A program made the translations under genes and the position numbers. Below, one piece after another: positions 41,595-50,872 of a DNA stretch of 64,000 nucleotides (positions are counted from its first letter, which is position 1; every line of letters begins with the position of its first letter). The notes below the pieces were generated by a model that had not been told where the DNA came from, did not search any database, and saw only the letters and a list, made by a program, of their open reading frames with translations. The stretch is taken from IMG/VR virus record IMGVR_UViG_3300022178_000020. One strand, written 5' to 3'. The stretch is from an uncultured virus (IMG/VR IMGVR_UViG_3300022178_000020). Lineage: Duplodnaviria; Heunggongvirae; Uroviricota; Caudoviricetes.

Positions 41595-43457
41595 TCAAGT
41601 AGTTGCTCGTTCACCTGTTAAAGTCCATGTATTAGTACTGACTCTTTTTAAAGCTATAACAGCATATTGACCTGACGTTACAAGAGTTGCTGAGGAATTA
41701 ATTGTAACTCCGCTCCCTGCTGCTATAGTAATAGGAAAGGCATTACCCTGTTCAAAAGCTACTTCACATGAATCAGGCCATGAAACATCTGATTGGGGAG
41801 GGACTGTGTAAGTAGCTCCTGGGGAGGAAGGAGAACATTTTATATAGGTTAAATTATCACTTAAAGCAAGTGTTCTTCCTGTACTTTCTAAAGAAACTGA
41901 AAAAGAAGTACCAGCTTGCCCTGCGGGGCCTGCTGGTCCAGCAGGACCTTGTAAAGCGGGATTATCTACTTTAGTTAATTGAAAATATCCTTGTTGGGCG
42001 TTGCAAGTACCGCTTGCTGCATAGTTAGCTACTTTAATTTCTATTTGTTCATTACCGCCAGGACAATAAATAATTCTAGAAAGAGTACAACTAGCCTCAT
42101 CAGCCCCACTAGCATTTCTTATATAACCATAAGCTCTACCTTGTACTTCAACCCCATTAATAAAGATATTCATTCCAGGAGTAGTTCTTGCCCCACCTGT
42201 ATTAAAGGCAACTGCAGCATCTACTTGGTAATATCCTGCTTCAGAAATAGTAATTACTGATGTATTACTCCCTGTTGAAGGGGTTAAAGAACTTCCTTGG
42301 TTGTATTCAATTTGGTCAAACTGAACATTTATAGGGGTAGTTACGTTATAGTTTACTGAAGTATTTATAAAAAAAAGTCCTGCGGACTTAAATGCAGGTT
42401 CTAAACCTAGATTAATAGAAGATGCTAAAGAAAAATCTACAATAGAACCTGATGTGATAAGTGAACCTGTAATGTTAGTATCTCCTATTACCTCTAAACT
42501 ACCACTAATTATAGCACTTCCTGTATATGGGAATGGATCTTCATTAAATGATGATGTAGGTGTTGCAACCGCATTCCAGGTACTATCTCCTACCCAAGCA
42601 TAACCTGGTTGGAGGTTAGGTATATCATTACTTCTCCCCGCTCCTAATACTGTTATTTCTCCATTATTGGCAACTCTTCCTACTCTAGCGATTTTTTGGA
42701 TTAAAGCAGAACCTGTTGGTCTGTTAGGAGTTAAGATTCCTTCACCTACATATAAACTTTGATTAATTGAATACCCATTAGTATCAACCCCTCTTACGGC
42801 ACCTAATAAAGTAGCATAACCCTGATCGTTGGCATTTAATGTTTGGTCTAAAATACCAATAGAGGGCATGGTGTTAGCTTCTGAAGCAGAAGCAGGGGCA
42901 ATTTGAAATATAGAAGCTCCCTGGAAGCCACTTATGTATACAGGTGTTCCTATAGGTAAGGTTATCCCATATGTATTTTTTACATCTATGTTAGTTCTAT
43001 CAGACCAATCAAAACTTAGATTACCACTACCATCAGTAGTAATAAATTGTTTTTCACCCCCATCAATAGCAGGGTAGTTAAGTCCTGAGGCTGTTAAGTA
43101 TTGTATTTCTGTAGATCCAGTAACTACTAAACTACCACTAATTATAGCACTCCCTGTGTATGGGAATGTATCAGGGGAGTTTAAAGCATAAGAAGCTGTT
43201 AAAGCATAAGAGGCAGATATGGAGGAGGTGGATAATCCTGATTCTTTGGCGTAATCGGCATAAGAAGAGGATACTTCTTTTATAATCTCATGGGAAGCAG
43301 ATACAGCATATTCAGCATAAGAAGCAGTTACCGCGTAAGAAGCACTTATAGGGAGAAAAACTGACCCAGTACCATCATATATAACAGTGCCATCAGTTTG
43401 TAATACCCTTTGATAAGTATTTTCTATATTTTGCCCTGTTAAATCAGGTAATGCCAT
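41595..43457 (-). CDS. Mosaic fibre/adhesin protein with a C1q-like domain and short GPA collagen segment
   Basis: ASYA repeats, duplicated FPYTGSAIISGSL, VITISEAGYYQV, GPAGPAGPAGQAG, C-terminal GVTIN...NTWTLTG. Confidence 0.65.
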   Translation of the reverse strand: MALPDLTGQNIENTYQRVLQTDGTVIYDGTGSVFLPISASYAVTASYAEYAVSASHEIIKEVSSSYADYAKESGLSTSSISASYALTASYALNSPDTFPYTGSAIISGSLVVTGSTEIQYLTASGLNYPAIDGGEKQFITTDGSGNLSFDWSDRTNIDVKNTYGITLPIGTPVYISGFQGASIFQIAPASASEANTMPSIGILDQTLNANDQGYATLLGAVRGVDTNGYSINQSLYVGEGILTPNRPTGSALIQKIARVGRVANNGEITVLGAGRSNDIPNLQPGYAWVGDSTWNAVATPTSSFNEDPFPYTGSAIISGSLEVIGDTNITGSLITSGSIVDFSLASSINLGLEPAFKSAGLFFINTSVNYNVTTPINVQFDQIEYNQGSSLTPSTGSNTSVITISEAGYYQVDAAVAFNTGGARTTPGMNIFINGVEVQGRAYGYIRNASGADEASCTLSRIIYCPGGNEQIEIKVANYAASGTCNAQQGYFQLTKVDNPALQGPAGPAGPAGQAGTSFSVSLESTGRTLALSDNLTYIKCSPSSPGATYTVPPQSDVSWPDSCEVAFEQGNAFPITIAAGSGVTINSSATLVTSGQYAVIALKRVSTNTWTLTGERATT

Positions 43458-43459
43458 TC

Positions 43460-44032
43460 TTAACCTATTTTAGACAACCCTGTTAATACTCCTTCAATGA
43501 TGGTTTCCTTTTGATTAGAGGCAATTTCATTTTCTTGTAAGTAAGTACCAACAAGATTGTTGAGTTTATCTTTTTTAATAGAGAGATTTTCTAAATTAAT
43601 ATCTTCCTTAATCAACAACCGTAGTAGGGTAATGATATGTTCCCTTTCGTGGAGAGACACGCTATTTTTAACATTCTCTACAGAGACTGTAGGTTTTGAT
43701 TCAGTTAAGACTTCTAAATCTTCTTGAGATTTAACTTCTACGGTAATCTTTCGTGAAGTATCTACTGTAAATTTTGATTTCCATGGGGTAAAATAAGTAT
43801 CATCCGCAATTACTTCCAATTTGATATCTCCACTGATGTTTTCATCTAAGAGACCTTTTAATTTTTTAATAGGAATTTGGCATTTGCCTGTTGAACTTAT
43901 AGTGCCCTTAAACATAAGGTTTAAGCCTTCAGATTCTACTAATAGACGTGCTTGACTATTCTTTAAAGAAGCCCCTTCTAATTTTATATTACACTCAAAG
44001 AGTTCGGTTTTGTCAGTAAATAATTTGTACAT
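43460..44032 (-). CDS. Hypothetical protein
   Basis: 190-aa ORF, translationally coupled to neighbours. Confidence 0.65.
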   Translation of the reverse strand: MYKLFTDKTELFECNIKLEGASLKNSQARLLVESEGLNLMFKGTISSTGKCQIPIKKLKGLLDENISGDIKLEVIADDTYFTPWKSKFTVDTSRKITVEVKSQEDLEVLTESKPTVSVENVKNSVSLHEREHIITLLRLLIKEDINLENLSIKKDKLNNLVGTYLQENEIASNQKETIIEGVLTGLSKIG

Positions 44033-44349
44033 TATATGTCTATTTTTAAATCTATTCCTAATACTTCCTTAGCAACTAGCGCTACATCCGTAATACGTAT
44101 TTGCCTTTCCTTTACCTCTTTAGTTTCTTTGTATTCTACGCCTTCTATTTGGCATATGAGTTTTATAAAGCGTTTTTTCTTTTTTTTATCTTTAAATACT
44201 TCACCATAAGCTCTTCCGGCTTGTATTACTTCTTCAACTAGAGCGCAATCGTCCCATGTAAAGGGGTTACGGCTTTGTCTTGCTCCAAATGGGTTAGTGT
44301 TCCAGGCAAAATTAGCATTACCCCATTCAAATGGTATTCTAGAAGACAT
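44032..44349 (-). CDS. Hypothetical protein
   Basis: 105-aa ORF, TAATG overlap with the downstream gene. Confidence 0.6.
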   Translation of the reverse strand: MSSRIPFEWGNANFAWNTNPFGARQSRNPFTWDDCALVEEVIQAGRAYGEVFKDKKKKKRFIKLICQIEGVEYKETKEVKERQIRITDVALVAKEVLGIDLKIDI

Positions 44350-44355
44350 TAATTA

Positions 44356-46752
44356 TTATCCTAATGAAATTTTTAAGTTAACTCCATCTCTCCATACTTG
44401 GCCTATAAATTCGGGGTCTGATGTGGGTAAGCTTTGAGCATCTAAGAATATTGAAGCCGTATTGATTACTACAATATTTTTTCTACTTCCATCGTTAGTA
44501 CCATTACTTACAATAAATAAAGCTTCATCGATTTTTCCTATCCCATCAGCATCACCGAATTTTGTAAATTTACCTACCGCAGTTGAGTAATCCCTTTGGG
44601 CAATTGTATTATCACCTGTAGAAAATGAACCGGTACCTTGGGCTCTTGATCCAGAACCTGCTGCAAATGAGTAAGAACCATTTGCTAGAGTTGTGAATCC
44701 TTGAGCATGTGATGATTCTCCTATAGCTAGTGTAAGGGTACCTTCAGCATGGGAAAAATCACCTGAGGCGGATGTGAAAGATCCTTCGGTATGGGATCCC
44801 CTTCCAAAGGCAAATGTATCGTACCCTTCAGCATGGGTAAATGATCCTGTTGCATGGGTGCTATAACCTCCAGCATGAGATCCCCTCCCTGAGGCAAGTG
44901 TGGCTTCGCCTTCAGTATGAGAGAATTGACCTGATGCTGTAGTTAGGTAACCTTCAGCGTGAGAGTAGTTCCCTAAAGTTTGGGTTTCACGGCCCTCAGT
45001 GTGGGAGTAAACTCCATTAGTTTTTGTAGTGCGTCCTTCAGCATGAGATCCTTCAGCCCCCGCTACGGTTCCATTTCCTTCAGCATGTGAATATCCTGCT
45101 TGTGTTATAGTATCATATCCTTGTGCATGGGAGTATAAACCTCCAACAATGTTAAATTGGCCTTGAGCTAAACTTCCTGTGATAACTACAGTTCGGGAAG
45201 AAGTAACATTTAAATTATCAGCGGTTATATACCAATCAGTATCTTCCCCTCCACTCCCCCCAGAAGAATATGAACCTGTATATTCGAATTGACCTGTTGT
45301 AGGATCATATACTACAACATTAGTACCACTACTATTAGTATCTTCAGGGATAGCGGCATATAAAGCACCACTAGCTGAGATGAGAGATGCTGTAAGGTCG
45401 TTTTTAAATTCAATGCCATTAGAATTAAATAAAGCTAAGTCACTTCTAGCTCCATCGCTAACACCGTTTCCTATAATCATTAAGGAAGTAGTATTATCAT
45501 GGGTATTATATTTACCTTGAACGTGTTGAGCTGACCCCGATGCTATGGTATAAAATCCTTCAGCATGAGAGGAAACTCCTAGTGCTATAGTTCCAAATCC
45601 TTCGGTATGAGATGTAGCCCCATATGCTATAGTTAAGTAACCTTCAGCATGGGAAGCTTCACCACTTGCTATAGTTTCTTTACCTTCGGAATGCTGTCCT
45701 CCTCCTGATGAGCCTGTGGTTAGAGTATTTAGACCTTCAGCATGTGAATAAAATGCAGAAGCTGTGCTATATGATCCTTCAGCGTGGGCATAAGCACCAA
45801 ATCCATATACTGTAGGGCCTAAGACTGCATCCGTAGAAGGATTAGTTGTTGTGTGATGTCCTTCAGCATGAGAGTAGTATCCTGCTATTGTTTGGAATCC
45901 TGTAGTTAGAGAGTTAGATCCTGAGATTTTACTTTGGTAACCTAAGTTAGCAAAAGAAGAAAAAGAAGATGTTCCGTTATTGTACATCCATATTTGATCG
46001 TTTCCTGAAGCAAGGGCACCCAAAAAGGTTTCATCTGCAAAGGGACTTAAGGGAAAGATACCTCCCCCTGATCCTGTTTCTCCTGCTCCCAGCACAAGGT
46101 CTCCTAAAGATAAAATGCCTGGGGAATTAGATTTAACTATAATAGATCCTGTTACTTCGATACTCCCAGAAGGAATATGAAGATTTCCATAAAGTGTGTT
46201 AGTACTAGAAGAACCACTTAAACCTATTAAAACTTGAGAGCCTGTAAGGTCTAATAAAAGGTTTGATCCTATAGATGTATAAATTCTATCTGGGCCTAGT
46301 CTGAAGTAGCTAGTATCAACCCCTTCAGAAAATATTGCTTGAGTTGTAATCCATGAACCCGAATTAATTCCCCCTTTTGATCCTGTAGAAGCGGATTTAC
46401 CTTCTTTTATTGAGTCTAACTCCGCTTTAGTAAAAGAAGATATATTTGACCCCGATACAAAATTTATAGATCCATCGGATACATAAATTTCGCTCCATGC
46501 CGAGTTAGGTCCCCCTAAACTAAAAGAAGAAACGGTTTCACCCGGTGCGGTATTGGGTATTATACTACTTGAGATATAAATAGTGCCTGAGATAAATTGG
46601 CTTCCTGTTGGGGAAGAGCCTGTGTTTCCAGTTTGGGCCTCTATTATATCATATAAGGTGTTAACTGAGGTTTTGGTTTCGTTAAATATAGATGCACTAA
46701 CCTCACTGTTAGATCCAGAGTCTGCTCTATTAGCCCATTCAATTTTTGCCAT
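44356..46752 (-). CDS. Fibre/adhesin with YadA-head-like 14-residue SHAEG repeats
   Basis: Two blocks of GxxSHAEGxxTxAx repeats, each capped by an IGNG/VSNG...R motif. Confidence 0.75.
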   Translation of the reverse strand: MAKIEWANRADSGSNSEVSASIFNETKTSVNTLYDIIEAQTGNTGSSPTGSQFISGTIYISSSIIPNTAPGETVSSFSLGGPNSAWSEIYVSDGSINFVSGSNISSFTKAELDSIKEGKSASTGSKGGINSGSWITTQAIFSEGVDTSYFRLGPDRIYTSIGSNLLLDLTGSQVLIGLSGSSSTNTLYGNLHIPSGSIEVTGSIIVKSNSPGILSLGDLVLGAGETGSGGGIFPLSPFADETFLGALASGNDQIWMYNNGTSSFSSFANLGYQSKISGSNSLTTGFQTIAGYYSHAEGHHTTTNPSTDAVLGPTVYGFGAYAHAEGSYSTASAFYSHAEGLNTLTTGSSGGGQHSEGKETIASGEASHAEGYLTIAYGATSHTEGFGTIALGVSSHAEGFYTIASGSAQHVQGKYNTHDNTTSLMIIGNGVSDGARSDLALFNSNGIEFKNDLTASLISASGALYAAIPEDTNSSGTNVVVYDPTTGQFEYTGSYSSGGSGGEDTDWYITADNLNVTSSRTVVITGSLAQGQFNIVGGLYSHAQGYDTITQAGYSHAEGNGTVAGAEGSHAEGRTTKTNGVYSHTEGRETQTLGNYSHAEGYLTTASGQFSHTEGEATLASGRGSHAGGYSTHATGSFTHAEGYDTFAFGRGSHTEGSFTSASGDFSHAEGTLTLAIGESSHAQGFTTLANGSYSFAAGSGSRAQGTGSFSTGDNTIAQRDYSTAVGKFTKFGDADGIGKIDEALFIVSNGTNDGSRKNIVVINTASIFLDAQSLPTSDPEFIGQVWRDGVNLKISLG

Positions 46753-46776
46753 GTTAAGTCGATTTATTTATAAATA

Positions 46777-47475
46777 TTAGAAAATGGGGTTATCTTCATA
46801 ATAATCACGTAAATCTTCTACAATTTCATTGCGGTGGTTAGATTGGAGTGTAATAGCTTCAAGATTTTTAATTTTTCGTGATGCTTTGTAAAGATATTTA
46901 AATCCAGAGTCTGATTTTTTCTTTAAATCTGTTTGGTGAGCATCACCACATACCATCATTTTGGACCTTAAACCCAGACGTGTTGTAATCATTTCCATTT
47001 GATCGTGGGTTACATTTTGAGCTTCATCTACAATAACACATGCATCTAAAAATGTTCTACCTCTCATAAATGAAACAGGTACAATTTCTATTTTACCATC
47101 TGCTATAAGTTTTTCGATTTTAGCCTTATCATATAACATAAATAAATTTTGATAAATAGGTTGCACCCAGGGGTCCATTTTTTCTCTTAAATCACCTGGG
47201 AGGAAACCGATTTCTTCTTTACTTACTGTAGGACGAGTAATAATGATTTTGGTGTAGATTCTTCTAAGTAAACCATCTAAAGCTACTTGACAAGCTAATA
47301 GGGTTTTACCTGATCCTGCTTGACCCGCTAATAGTGTAATTGTGTTGTCTAGTATTAGTTGTTTTGCTTCTTTCTGTTCATCGTTTAATTGTATTTTAAA
47401 CTTTATAGGGTTTTTTGCTACTTTTTTTTCTCTAAAAATTTCTTTAGCTTCTTCGGTCGTATTGAAATGGGTCAT
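46777..47475 (-). CDS. phoH: PhoH-family ATPase
   Basis: GQAGSGKT, ITRP, GFLPGDLREKMDPW, MRGRTF, DEAQN, GDAHQTD. Confidence 0.95.
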   Translation of the reverse strand: MTHFNTTEEAKEIFREKKVAKNPIKFKIQLNDEQKEAKQLILDNTITLLAGQAGSGKTLLACQVALDGLLRRIYTKIIITRPTVSKEEIGFLPGDLREKMDPWVQPIYQNLFMLYDKAKIEKLIADGKIEIVPVSFMRGRTFLDACVIVDEAQNVTHDQMEMITTRLGLRSKMMVCGDAHQTDLKKKSDSGFKYLYKASRKIKNLEAITLQSNHRNEIVEDLRDYYEDNPIF

Positions 47476-48193
47476 TATTAAAGTTAATTTTAACTAGTTT
47501 ATCTAATCCGGCGTTTACATGCATTTCATTCTCTAAAACAAGGTCAAAGTTAAATCTATCATCCAGTGGTAAAACTAGGTCAACTTGTGAGCCCCATCTT
47601 ATAAGTGAAAAACGTTCATTTTGTGATACAGGTGAATTCTGGTCATTAATGAAGGGAGCTATAACATTTACGTCCTCGTCTGCTATTTGGACTAAGTAAT
47701 AAGTATAATCTAATTGTGGAGAGTAAATTTTATTCCACATTCTTTCATTATACTTAAGATATTCTAAATTATTAGGGTTAATAGCAGCATTTAAAATATC
47801 TTTTTCTATAGCTAACATAGGTTTGTTAGTAGATTCTATAGGATCTAAACCTTTATATTGTAATATACCAGGGTAGGGTATTCTATTTATATGAACATCA
47901 TAAAATGACATAAATATGCCAATTACAAGAGAAGGTTTATCGTAAGTTTTATCCCCAAGTACATCTTGAATTGTATAATTCATACCCTTAATTTCTACTA
48001 TAGGGTCAGTAGCGTTTTGAACTACCTTTTGATATAAAATTGTTCCGTCGGCTGGGGAGTAAAAGTGTCTGTGGTCTACATAGTTAGGGCGCATTGGGTC
48101 TCTAAAAAAGAAAGTATTTGATAATTCACCTACTTCCAATTTTGATAATTCTGCAACCTCCCCCTCTAACCAGTCTTCTAAATATTGAGCCAT
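47444..48193 (-). CDS. Phosphatidylserine decarboxylase-family pyruvoyl enzyme (short type, no membrane anchor)
   Basis: FFFRDPMR, SPADG, IFMSFYDVHINRIP, autocleavage-site-like IRWGSQVDL. Confidence 0.85.
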   Translation of the reverse strand: MAQYLEDWLEGEVAELSKLEVGELSNTFFFRDPMRPNYVDHRHFYSPADGTILYQKVVQNATDPIVEIKGMNYTIQDVLGDKTYDKPSLVIGIFMSFYDVHINRIPYPGILQYKGLDPIESTNKPMLAIEKDILNAAINPNNLEYLKYNERMWNKIYSPQLDYTYYLVQIADEDVNVIAPFINDQNSPVSQNERFSLIRWGSQVDLVLPLDDRFNFDLVLENEMHVNAGLDKLVKINFNNDPFQYDRRS

Positions 48194-49119
48194 TATAGGA
48201 GGGATTTATCGTAATCTACATAATTCAAATGCATTATCATACAGCTTAACATAGCTCCTGACTTCATGTATTCTGAGATATTGAAAAATACTGGTTCGAG
48301 TCCTTCGTTAAAGCAGATTTTTTCTAAGCTTTCAATTTTATGTTTTTCTGCTTCATAATTTTCATCTGCTCTAGTCATTTCAGAAATATTTGAAGCACAT
48401 AAAATTGTGTTGCCCAAACGTACTGAATTTGCCATTCCGTTAAGGGCGTCGTCACCTTCTATGTTTATTACGTCAGTATATTGTGATAATTCAGCTAATT
48501 CAACATCATCATATAGTTCCGTGCAAACCAATGTTTTTTCTTTAGTTAACGGGAAAATAGAACAATCTAAGTGGTATAGATATTCATCAACCATCTCAAG
48601 TTTAATGATTTTCATACCAAATTCTTTTTCCATCCATTCATAGGCTTGAATATCTGAGCGCATTCCATAACCCCCTACATAAACATTGTCATAGAGATAT
48701 TTTAAATCTGCTTCACCTTCCCATTTAAAGGGACACATATGAACTTTATAACCCATGGATTCAAAAAATGGTTTTCCAACTTCTTCTTCCCCTTGTCGAG
48801 GTTCAGAAGTAAAGTTTGCCATAATAATATTATTTGAATCTTTAATATGAGGTAAATAAATACCTAAATTTGCTACATATACCAAATCTTGGAAATCTCC
48901 ATCAGCGGGTAGTACATAAGCTAAGCTATTGCCTGCTACAAATTGATATAAATCTAAAAATTGACGATAAGCAGTTCCTTTATTTATTTTAAGTGCTTCT
49001 TCTTCCATTTCTTGCATCCAAATATTATTGGGGTTTGCAGTAGATAATGTGAAGGGAAAATTCATAACGAATGCCGGTATAGGCAGTTGTGAGGGGGTCT
49101 CTTTCATTTTATATAACAT
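48193..49119 (-). CDS. Amidinotransferase-superfamily enzyme (DDAH / arginine dihydrolase-like)
   Basis: DLVYVAN, RQGE, WEGEAD, YHLDC, SEYMKSGAMLSCM (catalytic Cys). Confidence 0.85.
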   Translation of the reverse strand: MLYKMKETPSQLPIPAFVMNFPFTLSTANPNNIWMQEMEEEALKINKGTAYRQFLDLYQFVAGNSLAYVLPADGDFQDLVYVANLGIYLPHIKDSNNIIMANFTSEPRQGEEEVGKPFFESMGYKVHMCPFKWEGEADLKYLYDNVYVGGYGMRSDIQAYEWMEKEFGMKIIKLEMVDEYLYHLDCSIFPLTKEKTLVCTELYDDVELAELSQYTDVINIEGDDALNGMANSVRLGNTILCASNISEMTRADENYEAEKHKIESLEKICFNEGLEPVFFNISEYMKSGAMLSCMIMHLNYVDYDKSLL

Positions 49120-49159
49120 TTTTAATTACGTGTATACATATAGTATACTACTAGAGAAT

Positions 49160-49186
49160 AAAAAAGCCCCGCATAAGCGGGGCTTT
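49160..49186 (-). terminator. Intrinsic terminator after the major capsid gene
   Basis: AAAGCCCCGC-TTAT-GCGGGGCTTT then TTT on the minus strand. Confidence 0.9.
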
Positions 49187-49210
49187 CTCTTAGTATATTC
49201 TAAAGTCTAA

Positions 49211-50848
49211 TTAGAGGGTATTCAAACCGTTCACATAGATCTTAGCATAGTATTCAGGTCTTAACATCTTCTTAGCATAGCGAGTCAAGAGGCCTTTACG
49301 TGGAGTGAAGGTCTGTGGATCGTATACAAGAGGAGTCATGATCAATGGAATATAAGGAGCAAAAGTAGCACCTGTTTCCAAGAACTGAGAACCTCTAAAT
49401 CCTAATAGGATAGTGTTTTCAGTCATATATGGGTTCTTATAAACATCAAACTTGGTGTTTAAGTTACCTACTTTTTGGATACCAAACGCGTAGTTCATAG
49501 TATCAGCATCCGCTCCATCTGTAGCAGCAAATCCTGGGATTGATTCCAAGATAGTACCGATTGTTGGAGAACATACCATAAAGTTAGCGCCTCCTCTCAA
49601 AGTTAACTGGTGGATCTTGTTAGATACCTTGTTTAACTTAGTACCTAGAGTTTGGAACCATTGGCCTTGAGTATTATAGAAAGTACCATTGTTGGTTTCA
49701 CCATTAGCATCAAATGTTTCATTGTTCCTAGCTGACCAGTAGTCAGTAGTAAGAGCATTTTCAATTAACATACCTAGGATCTCCAAATCAATTTCAAGAG
49801 CAATGTACTCACTCATGATGCTTGTCAATTCAGCTTCAGCATCCAAAGAATGGTAAGCGTTCAAATCTTGAGCAAATTCTGGAGTCCATACAGCCTTAAG
49901 TTTCTTAGTCTTAGCAACGATTGCTTCAGACTTCATCTTAATGTTGATTTCTGGGATATCGATCGGGTTGTTATTTCCGTTCAAAGTGGTGTTACCATCT
50001 TCGAAATCACCTCTTCGGTTATCCTGTGGTGCCTGTACATAAGTGATAGTAAAGGCAGTTGGGTCAGTGGCACCCGCGGTACCTTGAACGTATAAAACAA
50101 TATCATTAGCACTTCCTGAGGCATAATTGTATTGAGGAATATTAACTCCAACACTAGTACCGTCTACAACGAATCCTCTAACACCATCAAGGTCTGGGAA
50201 GGCGAATGATGATGAGTTGAATACTAGTCTCTTTAAGGTACTAGCAGTTCCTGCAATAGAAGCAGATAACGCTGAGTCGAATCCAACTTCGGCCCATGAG
50301 GCTGAGCTGATACTCGCAGCGGTTGCAATTGGGCCTGATGAAGTTACATTGGTAGAGTAAGTCCACTTACCTGCACCGTATAAACCATCAGTAGGGGCAC
50401 CCTCAGTGTTAGTAACACCATACATAGAGCCTGCACCAAATACATCACCACCTACATTGAATTTAGAACCAGACTTAGCTGTTCCATATTGAAAATCGAG
50501 GAAGAAAACAAGTCCTGAAGGTAAGCTCATAGGTTGAACACTTACGAAATCTTTCGCAGCAATCATACCGAATACTTTTCTTACCAAAGGAAGAGCAACT
50601 CCTGCCCATTGTTCACCTGTTCCAGGAGTAAATGAAGCACCTGCTACACCACCACCAGTTTGTGAAGATTCAACAACAAGCTGTTTAGCTTGGTTTTCGA
50701 GAATCAAAGCCATATTGTTTTTGTCAGTCTCACTATTGAGTCCTTCTAACAATCCTGTCTGATTCCATTTGTTAGCTAATCTAGCGGAGTCCGATTGGAC
50801 GTTTTTCCACTGATTTGCGCTCTCTAAAAGAGAATTTAAATTTGACAT
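49211..50848 (-). CDS. Major capsid protein (T4 gp23-like)
   Basis: LILENQ, LPLVRKVF, VQPMSLPSGLVF, KKLKAVWTPEFAQDL, APYIPL, TRYA. Confidence 0.95.
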   Translation of the reverse strand: MSNLNSLLESANQWKNVQSDSARLANKWNQTGLLEGLNSETDKNNMALILENQAKQLVVESSQTGGGVAGASFTPGTGEQWAGVALPLVRKVFGMIAAKDFVSVQPMSLPSGLVFFLDFQYGTAKSGSKFNVGGDVFGAGSMYGVTNTEGAPTDGLYGAGKWTYSTNVTSSGPIATAASISSASWAEVGFDSALSASIAGTASTLKRLVFNSSSFAFPDLDGVRGFVVDGTSVGVNIPQYNYASGSANDIVLYVQGTAGATDPTAFTITYVQAPQDNRRGDFEDGNTTLNGNNNPIDIPEINIKMKSEAIVAKTKKLKAVWTPEFAQDLNAYHSLDAEAELTSIMSEYIALEIDLEILGMLIENALTTDYWSARNNETFDANGETNNGTFYNTQGQWFQTLGTKLNKVSNKIHQLTLRGGANFMVCSPTIGTILESIPGFAATDGADADTMNYAFGIQKVGNLNTKFDVYKNPYMTENTILLGFRGSQFLETGATFAPYIPLIMTPLVYDPQTFTPRKGLLTRYAKKMLRPEYYAKIYVNGLNTL

Positions 50849-50872
50849 TTTGTTTGTTTTTAAAGTTTAAAA

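Noticed and set aside
39577..46752. Diversity-generating retroelement acting on the adhesin genes
   Set aside because: No reverse transcriptase and no adenine-specific template/variable repeat pair seen in this window
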